64,000 nucleotides of DNA from Eledone cirrhosa (Eukaryota), in contig CAXHJY010000307.1 of assembly GCA_964016885.1 (NCBI GenBank), positions 80,199 to 144,198 of the forward strand. The letters run 5' to 3'. Below the pieces are notes generated by a model. That model saw only the letters and a list, made by a program, of their open reading frames with translations, was not told the DNA's origin and did no database searches. The translations under genes were made by a program, and so were the position numbers. Shown here piece after piece: positions 53,141 to 64,000 of the stretch (positions within the stretch are counted from its first letter, which is position 1; the number at the start of each line of letters is the position of its first letter).

Positions 53141-56100
53141 ACATATGTATCATCATCATCGTTTAACGTCCATCTTCCACGCTTGGATGGGTTTGGACGG
53201 GAATTTTCCCACTTGAGGCAAGATTGGTTGTCTTGCTCGTATAGGACTGTCTGGCGGGTTTTCTACGGCTGGATGCCCTTCCTAACACCAACCACGTTTA
53301 CAGTGTGGACTGGGAGGTTTTTACCGTGTTACCTACACGGCCACATTACAGCGTGGACTATGTGTTTTTTTGTCGTGACACCTACACGACCTCATTTATT
53401 TCGGACTGGATGTTGTGGTACCAACATAACTTTACATCGAAAGGGGTGGTGTGGATGAGGTGGGGGTATTTTTGTTAAGAGGTGCCTACTGACTGTAGGT
53501 TTCGCTTTGTACTTAGTAATGCCTGTGTAGCACCAAAGATCTCAGTCCAGTGACATTGTCTTGGAGAGGTGTAAGTGTGTGAGGTCGGAATTTATCAAGT
53601 CGTCCCAGGTTTTTCTACATTACTCTATATTTACTATTGTATTTTCACAGTAAACACTTTACCTCACATAATATCGAATCTATGAGATTTTGATATTATT
53701 TATTTTGAGATAATACCTTAACATAAGTATGAGGGGCCAGTTATAGCCAATTTGAACAGAAAGAGGTGAGAGAATTCTGGCCGGATACAGCCAGTTTAAA
53801 TGCTAAAGGGTTAAATTAGCTGTATCCAGCCAGAATTCTCTCACCTCTTTCTGTTCAAATCGGCAATAACTGGCCACTCATACTGATGTTAAGGTATTTT
53901 TCTCAAAATAAATAATATCAAAATCTCATAGATTCTATATTATGTGAGATATTATGTAAGCTAAAGACTTTACCACAAAAATACAATAGTATATATGTAG
54001 AGTAATGTAAATGCTAAAGGGTTAACATGGTTTCCTGCTCTCATTCTGAATCGTTCCAGAATCATTTTGACCAGTTATCTGTACATTGCTGTCATGTGCA
54101 TGAAACGATGCACCATTGCACATATCTATCCCTAGGTCATGCACTAGTTTTGTCTCTGGGATTGCAACCCCTCCTCGCCCCAAGATTCTTTGCAGATGCA
54201 GTTTGTTAATGATAACCAACTGATATAACAGTGAGCTTGAAATTTTCTGGCATTAATTTACTTGTTATAAATTCTATATTGTATTTAAATCTTACTCTAG
54301 CAGGGTGGCATCAGCAGGATTCTTGATTGCTTAGGTTACTTTCATATCATCGTCATAGCTAGTGAGATTGGTTCTTTGTATAACTAAGGGCATTTCTGAA
54401 CCATGACAAACAACAGTGACTGACTCCAAGACAGTTTCCTAAAGGACATTGCTCACTATCAAGGTTTCCTTTGAGAGGGCACGATTGGTTACCACAGCTT
54501 GGCGTCTGTCTTTTAAGATGTTATGTTCACAGAAATGACAGCTCATGGAAGAAATTCTATAACATCTGAATATAAATCATCACCATAGCTTTTACGGGTA
54601 AAGGAATTGAGTAAATCTAATTTTACTCACTTTTTTCTTCTCTATCTTTTTCTCTCACTCTAGCTGATTTGAAAAGAAACTAACTATCTCTCTCTGACCC
54701 CCCCCCCCCCCCCAAAAAAAAATGAATAGAAAGAATTCCAGGATCTTTCAGACATACCTGTATCTACACTCTTCACTTTGCTTACATATACAGTCTCTAC
54801 CTGATGTTGAACAAAACATTTAAATATTAGATGAAAAACTAAGTCTCTTTGCATCTGCTAATTTACACTGATGGCACATAATTTACTCCCTCCTTTTCAC
54901 CATTCATTCTACCTAACTCTACCCAATTTAAAAGTATTTGTATTTATTGTATTTACCATAAGGGGGGGGGGGGGTTATAGAAACTGACTCAAGCCCATAA
55001 AACAAGAAAAGAAATAAGATTTCATTCAGACTTGTTCTTCACGTACTTGCTCATTCTATCTCCATCTGCTTTATGCAGAATGAGACAACAGATACCAAAT
55101 ACAAACTGTTAATCTATACAGATGACACATCAAAAAGCAGAAACAAACATTTGCCTATGGATACATGTTTTAAAGAAATATAAATTAAACTAAATCTGGT
55201 TGTGAAAGCATAACCTTTTCTCTCACTTGAAAATCAAAAAAAATAAAATAAAAGAGAAAGAAAATATTCTATTTTATTTTATTCACTTCTCTCCCTTAGA
55301 TCACAAAAAAATAAAGAATAACCAATCAGAGAACTGCTTTTATTTGAAATGAACTGGTACAACCACCAAGAATATTGAAACTGCATGACAGATTCCAGTG
55401 TGTAATTTATAGTCAGCTTATAGGCTTGCTCATAATTACTTTAAATTATCCATACTCTATAAATTTAAAGAATGCAATTCCAAATTTTTAGTTCCTCTTG
55501 ACTAATTCTATAAAAAAGACTCCATTATTATTTTTTTCTTTCTCTCTTTGTGTTAATTTTAATTCTTTTTTTTTTTATATGTACTTTCTTTGTAGTGAGC
55601 TATTGATATTTCCACCTCCAAATACAGAACTCTTTGCTACTTTGTTTTAAAAATTCACTAGGCTTTAGTAAAAGTTGTTTCATGGCAAACAATAAGCCTT
55701 AACTATCTCACTACCATATTTGTAATGAATGACACTACCTTAAATGTTGAATTAATTGTTTTAATATAAAGAATTGGAGAGATTTATTATGATAATATAA
55801 CTAAATTTCTTATTACTTATCTGGAACTTAACTTAAAGGCTCTTACATAAAATAATGGTGGAAGGTTTTTTAGATAAATATAAATACATTAAAACAAAAC
55901 AGCTTTATAATGCAGAGCCAGGGCCAGTTTCAGGTAGTTTGGTAACAAAAGGGTTAACCAATCCCAAATACACAGACATCACACAGCTACAGAGTTACAA
56001 ATTACATTCTCTGTAAACACCTCTTCCCTTTCTCTCACTTCCATACAAATATAAATACAAACCAAGACCACCAATAACTAACAGACCAGCAACACAATGC

Positions 56101-56939
56101 CCCAACACTAAAAGTAAACACATAAAGCCCCAACAAAAACACTTTTAGTCACAATCAAAAAAGATATTTGCCGAAATTTCAAAAAGTCAGTGTCATCTTT
56201 TTCTCTTTAGGAAATGAATCTGTGCACCCAGTCCTCCCTGTCATGTGGTAGTGCTGGTGTTACAATAAAATGCACCAGGTACATAGCGTGAAGTGGCTGG
56301 CATTAGCAAGGGCACTCACTCAGCTGTAGAAAAGTTGTCAAAATGAAATGGATGAATGAAATGCAGACATCTGATCTGTCTAGCCTCAGAATGTAACAGC
56401 TCACCTAACCTATATAAGCATGAAATAGACACATTAAACAATGATGATGATGGTATTTATACATGCATATTTAGTTTTCAGACAATAGCACAGCTCAAGT
56501 AAATTTTAACACGATCCTTATCCATGATAGACATATTTTATTTCCATATCATAAGTTATAGGTTAAAATATTTATTTCATAATAGAATGCTATGTACATT
56601 GAACTTTCAGTTATTTTATTTCTTTAATAATAAGCCCTAGGATGTAAAGTCATTATTCCATAATAGAGCCATGCTCACAGACAACCTTTGTATTCCCTTG
56701 TACTTCACCCACACCTATCCTCCTGAGGAAGAAGTTGATTTCATCTCTTTCTTCCTCTCTCTCACCAGCCAGATGGGTTATTTATTGACAAGTGGTAGCA
56801 AAAGTGTTTACAAAGAAACATCTGACCACAAGTCAATCATATGACTGGTATCTGTTGCCAAGCGATCACAAAATCTCTTCTTTTCAAACACAGAAGATGT
56901 AGGTAGAAGCCACCCATCCAGGCATCTCCATATCAGAAT

Positions 56940-57085
56940 CAAACTGCAACAATCAACGTTGGCACAATGAAAGGTATGTCTAGAGAAATTGTTGAGACGC
57001 TTGAGCAGAGACGTGCAGATGTGTCTTGTGTGCAAGTGATATAATAAAGAGGAACCTCATTCAGACTTCTCATAGGCAGGAAACA
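56940..57085 (+). mobile_element. RTE APE-endonuclease N-terminal fragment
   Basis: TINVGTMKGMSREIVETLEQRRADVSCVQ. Confidence 0.6.
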
Positions 57086-57089
57086 CACA

Positions 57090-57094
57090 CACAC

Positions 57095-57141
<47 letters not shown>

Positions 57142-57252
57142 ACACGTATATATATATATATATATACACACATACATATTACTATACACATATACATGCA
57201 TGTATGTATATATGTGTGTGAATATATAAATATATATAAACACATATAAATT

Positions 57253-57298
<46 letters not shown>

Positions 57299-57340
57299 TA
57301 TACAACTTCATGTGTGCTTTTCTTCATATTTTTGTTGTCC

Positions 57341-57376
<36 letters not shown>

Positions 57377-57997
57377 CCACATATATATGTTCACACACAT
57401 ACAGATACATACATACATACGCACACAGACACATATATATATATATATATATATTCACACATATATATGTTCACACACACACAGATACATGCATACATAC
57501 ACATATATATATTCACACATATATATGTTCATACACACACACAGATACATGCATACATACACACACATATATATATATATATTATTTATTACATATATAT
57601 GTTCACACACACACAGATACATACATACATATATATATATATATTCACACACACACAGATACATGCATACATACACACATATATATATATATATTATTTA
57701 TTACATATATATGTTCACACACACACACACACAGATACATGCATACATACACATATATTCACACATATATATGTTCACACACACACCACACACACACAGA
57801 TACATGCATACATACACACATATATATATATATATTATTTATTACATATAAACATTATGTTGAAGCTTATACTGAATCTAATTTCAATTCAACCACCAAA
57901 ACCAGTTTAAGCTATAGTCTTCTGTTTACAAGAATTAATTATTTTATTTCCTTTAAGGTATAGAGCACTAGTTACCAGTCTTTAATTAGTAACAGAT

Positions 57998-58046
<49 letters not shown>

Positions 58047-58107
58047 ATATACATATATATATATATATATATATTATATACATATATATATATACATATA
58101 TATATAT

Positions 58108-58143
<36 letters not shown>

Positions 58144-58157
58144 ACATATATATATAT

Positions 58158-58224
<67 letters not shown>

Positions 58225-58238
58225 ACATATATATATAT

Positions 58239-58283
<45 letters not shown>

Positions 58284-58497
58284 CATATATATATATATAT
58301 ATATTATATACATATATATATTATATACATATATATATATTATATTATATACATATATATATATTATATACATATATATATATTATATATATTATATACA
58401 TATATATTTATATTATATACATATATATATTATATACATATATATATATATATATATAATATATATATATAAATATATTATATATATATATATAATA

Positions 58498-58528
<31 letters not shown>

Positions 58529-58771
58529 ATATATTTACATATATAAATATAATATATATATAAATATATTATATATATATATATAAATATATTTACATAT
58601 ATATATATATAAATATATTTACATATATATATATATAAAAAAAATCGGAATTAAGAGTATTCTGTGTAATATATACTTATATTTATATATATATATATAT
58701 ATATAATATATTTACATATATATATATATTATATATATATTATATATATATTATATATATATATATATGTA

Positions 58772-58816
<45 letters not shown>

Positions 58817-59092
58817 TATTATATACATATATATATATATTATATAAATATATAAACATACATATATAGGTATATGTAATATACATAAATACATACACAC
58901 ATATACATATATATACACATATGTATGTTTTTATAATATATATATATATATATATTTGAAAAGGAAGTAAGGTTCTATACAAAACAGAGGTTATAGAGAG
59001 AATGTGCAATTGGAAATAGCATGGAAAATATATTTAAAGGATCTGCTTTTTCTTTTTTTCAAAGTGACATTATTGAAAGAATTGATGGGAAC

Positions 59093-59126
<34 letters not shown>

Positions 59127-59607
59127 GTTTTATAATGTATATAAAATATAACCAGTTTCAATGTATCAGTGTAATACCTAGTATCAAATGTTGAATATTA
59201 CAATTAACAAGTATTAAAAATTAAAAATTTGAAATTAAGTGTTGAATAAGGTCTGTTCATCTTTTGTTGTTGAGAAGAAGACTTCTCAACAACAAAGATG
59301 AACAGACCTTATTCAACACTTAATTTCAAATTTTTAATACTTTTTAATTGTAATATTCAACATTTGATACTAGGTATTACACTGATACATTGAAACTGGT
59401 TATATTTTATATACACTATAAAACTCCTTTTTTTTTTTTTTTTTTTTTTTAAATGTTCCCATCAATTCTTTCAATAATGTCACTTTGAAAAAAAGAAAAG
59501 CAGATCCTTTAAATATATTTTCCATGCTATTTCCAATTGCACATTCTCTCTCTCTGTATGTATATATATACATACACACATATCTACATATACATATATA
59601 CATAATA

Positions 59608-59639
<32 letters not shown>

Positions 59640-60003
59640 CATATATATATAAACATATATATATATATACATATATATATACATATATATATATATACAT
59701 ATATACATATACATATACACATATATATATACACATATATATATACACATATATAAATAAACATATATATATACACATATATATAAATAAACACATATAT
59801 ATATACACTATATATATACACATATATATACACATATATATACACATATATATATATATACACATATATATATATATACACATATATATATATACACACT
59901 ATATATATATACACATATATATACACATATATATACATATTATATATACACATATATATATATATACACATATATATATATATACACATACACACATATA
60001 TAT

Positions 60004-60034
<31 letters not shown>

Positions 60035-61087
60035 AATATATATATACATATATATAAATATACATATATATAAATATACATATATATAAATATACATATA
60101 TATACATATATATAAATATACATATATATACATATATATAAATATACATATATATAAATATACATATATATACATATATATAAATATACATATATATACA
60201 TATATATAAATATACATATATATAAATATACATATATACTATATATACATATATATAACATATATATAAATATACATATATATACATATATATAAATATA
60301 CATAATATACTATATAATATACATATATACATATATATAAATATACATATATATACATATATATAAATATACATATATATAAATATACATATATATACAT
60401 ATATATAAATATACATATATATAAATATACATATATATACATATATATACATATATATACATATATAAAATATACATATAATAATATACATATATATACA
60501 TATATATATATATATATACAAATATATATATATATACACATATATATATACATATACACATATTATATACATATATATATACAATATATATATACATATA
60601 AATCTATATATATACATAATATATAATATATAATATATAAATATACACATATATCATATAATATATATATACATATATATATACATATATAATATTAAAT
60701 ATATATATATACATATACTATATATACATATATATATATATATATAAATAATATATATATATATATATATAAACTTATATATATATACACATATATATAT
60801 ATACATACATATATATATACACATATATATATATACAACATATATATATACATATATACATATATATAAATACATATACATATATATACATATATACATA
60901 ATATATATACATATATATATACATATATACATACATATATATATACATACATACATACATACATATATACATATATATATACATATATACATACATATAT
61001 ATATACATACATACATACTATACATACATACATACATACATATATATATACATATATATATATACACATAATTATATACATATACAC

Positions 61088-61136
<49 letters not shown>

Positions 61137-61534
61137 TATATACATATATATATATACATATATAATATATATATTATACATATATATAATACATATATAT
61201 ATACATATATATATTATATACATAATATATATATACACATATATATATACATATAATACAATAAATATATATATATACATATACATATATATAACATATA
61301 TACTACATATATATATACATATATATACATATATACATACATATATATATACATACATACATACATATATATATACATACATACATACATACATACATAC
61401 ATAACATATATATATACATATTATATATACATATATATATACATACATATATACATATATATATATACATAAATATATACATATATATATATACATATAT
61501 ATACACACATATATATATACATATATATACACAC

Positions 61535-61587
<53 letters not shown>

Positions 61588-61708
61588 ACATATATATATA
61601 TATATATATATAATATACATATATATATATACATATATATACACACATATATATACACACATATATATACACACATATATACAATATATATATATATATA
61701 TATAAATA

Positions 61709-61761
<53 letters not shown>

Positions 61762-62040
61762 CATACATATATACTATATATAATATATATATACATAATA
61801 CATATATACATATATATATATATACATATATATATACATATATATATATATTACATATATATATACATATATATATATACTATATATATATACATATATA
61901 TATAATATATATATACATATATATATAAATATATATATACTATATACATATAAATACATATATATATACATATATAATATAATAATATATATATATATAC
62001 ATATATATAATATACATATATATAATATATATACATATAC

Positions 62041-62071
<31 letters not shown>

Positions 62072-62101
62072 ATATATATATATATATACATATATATATA
62101 C

Positions 62102-62150
<49 letters not shown>

Positions 62151-62160
62151 CATATATATA

Positions 62161-62205
<45 letters not shown>

Positions 62206-62368
62206 CATATATATATATACATATATATATATATACATATATATAATATACATATATATATATACATATATATATATACATATATATATATATACATATA
62301 TATATTATATACATATATATATATACATATATATATATACATATATATATATACATATATATATATAC

Positions 62369-62416
<48 letters not shown>

Positions 62417-62460
62417 CCATATATATATATACATATATATATATACATATATATATATAC

Positions 62461-62542
<82 letters not shown>

Positions 62543-62569
62543 CACATATATATATATATATATATACAC

Positions 62570-62618
<49 letters not shown>

Positions 62619-62874
62619 CATATATATATATACACATATATATATATAACATATATATATACATATATATATACACATATATATACACATATATATATAT
62701 ACACTATATATATATACATCACACATATATATACATACACATATATACATATATATACATATATATATATACATATATATATATACATATATATATATAT
62801 ACATATATATATATACACATATATATATACACACATATATACAATATATATATACACACAATATATATACACAC

Positions 62875-62931
<57 letters not shown>

Positions 62932-62985
62932 CATATATATTACACACACACACACATATATATATATAAAGATATATACATATGT
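57090..62985. repeat. ~6 kb of AT-rich micro/minisatellite with embedded fold-back elements
   Basis: (TA)n, TATACA and ~60-bp CAGATACATGCATAC units; source of the pseudo-ORFs in this range. Confidence 0.95.
58995..59552. mobile_element. Fold-back element (~280-bp arms) embedded in TA microsatellite
   Basis: About 58995-59275 is the reverse complement of about 59282-59552; GAAACTGGTT at about 59392 resembles a hammerhead 3' half. Confidence 0.8.
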
Positions 62986-63254
62986 ATATATGAATAGATA
63001 TGAGGAGATAGAGGGGAGAAGGAATAGTTCTTTTGTTTATTTTTTCTTCCACAATCTAATTATAATGAGATAATTGGGTGATGAAAGGAAAAGAAATGAG
63101 ATGACAAAGGTGATAAAAGTAAATATATATGAGATACTGGACTATGAAAGAAAATAATTATAAAATAACAGTTTAATGGTTGGAAACAAAATGAAAGTTC
63201 AAGAATCGTGACCAGCTTGTTTTGAGTGAATCAAGAAAATATCTTTGCCAGCTT

Positions 63255-63286
<32 letters not shown>

Positions 63287-63332
63287 GAATAAAACAATGA
63301 AACAGTTCCTTATATTAAACAAAAAAAAGTTC

Positions 63333-63468
63333 ATTATTTAACGATCGTTTCTAGGACATATATGTGTTAGAATTGGCATGCATATTCAAAAGATCTATGT
63401 ACAAAATTATACAAACTATCAAAGAGAATATACATACCATCACATATATATGCTGTCTTCAGAAATAA
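63333..63468 (-). ncRNA. Type I hammerhead with long helix II (left arm of palindrome)
   Basis: Minus: TTATTT-CTGAAGA-CAGCATATATATGTG...CACATATATGTCCTA-GAAA-CGATCG-TT-AAATAA. Confidence 0.7.
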
Positions 63469-63605
63469 ATTATTTCTGAAGACAGCATATATATGTGATG
63501 GTATGTATATTAAATTTGATAGTTTGTATAATTTTGTACATAGATCTTTTGAATATGCATGCCAATTCTAACACATATATGTCCTAGAAACGATCGTTAA
63601 ATAAT
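63469..63605 (+). ncRNA. Type I hammerhead with long helix II (right arm of palindrome)
   Basis: ATTATTT-CTGAAGA-(104 nt, self-complementary)-GAAA-CGATCG-TT-AAATAAT; 7-bp helix I, palindromic helix III ACGATCGT, GUU site. Confidence 0.75.
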
Positions 63606-64000
63606 GAACTTTTTTTGTTTAATATAAGGAACTGTTTCATTGTTTTATTCATTATTTTTTTTATATTTTATCTTGACTCTGTATTCCGTTTATCTTTCAC
63701 CGAAAGTGATTTTTGAATGCATCTCTTCTTTCCATGATATCCGGATTACATTGAGTTCTTCATACGGATTGGACACTACCGTAAACTTTTGGTAGATTTA
63801 TCTATATATTATATATATATATCTATATATATATATGTATGTATATAGTGTGTATAAAAGTAATGAAGATCGCTGGTATTAAGTCAACGTTCTCCGGCCA
63901 ACGTCTAGCAAACTCATGAATCTGCTGAATCGCAGTGATGCAGCTGCAATCAGCTGTTCAGAGTGCACACATTTAGTTAATAGCAGATATGGTGGCTGTG

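Overview
AT-rich, microsatellite-dense animal genomic DNA. It is most likely cephalopod (octopus-like), inferred from the repeat types, not proven. Almost all ORFs in the supplied track are artefacts of (TA)n/(CA)n arrays. Two real minus-strand genes could be assembled by hand from GT-AG exons with consistent phases. (1) A TTC22-like TPR protein: ATG exon 3589-3536 plus a 1.9-kb open exon running off the window start, ending in a TIR-like domain; the ORF track missed it. (2) A 369-aa evectin/PLEKHB-like protein (PH domain, P/Q/Y-rich region, Gly/Trp tail) with 9 coding exons at 39689-14830 and a probable 5'UTR exon and CRE promoter near 44.7 kb. The rest is decayed transposons: an RNase H LINE, RTE, R4/Dong-like and CRE-like LINEs, mariner, hAT and piggyBac-type MITEs, and tRNA-SINEs. 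The most striking signal is about 10 minimal type I hammerhead-ribozyme motifs (CUGANGA or UUGANAA core, helix II, GAAA, short mostly palindromic helix III, GUH). They lie in short Penelope-LTR/retrozyme-like elements embedded in TA microsatellites, often as head-to-head fold-back pairs, and several are sense-oriented within evectin introns.
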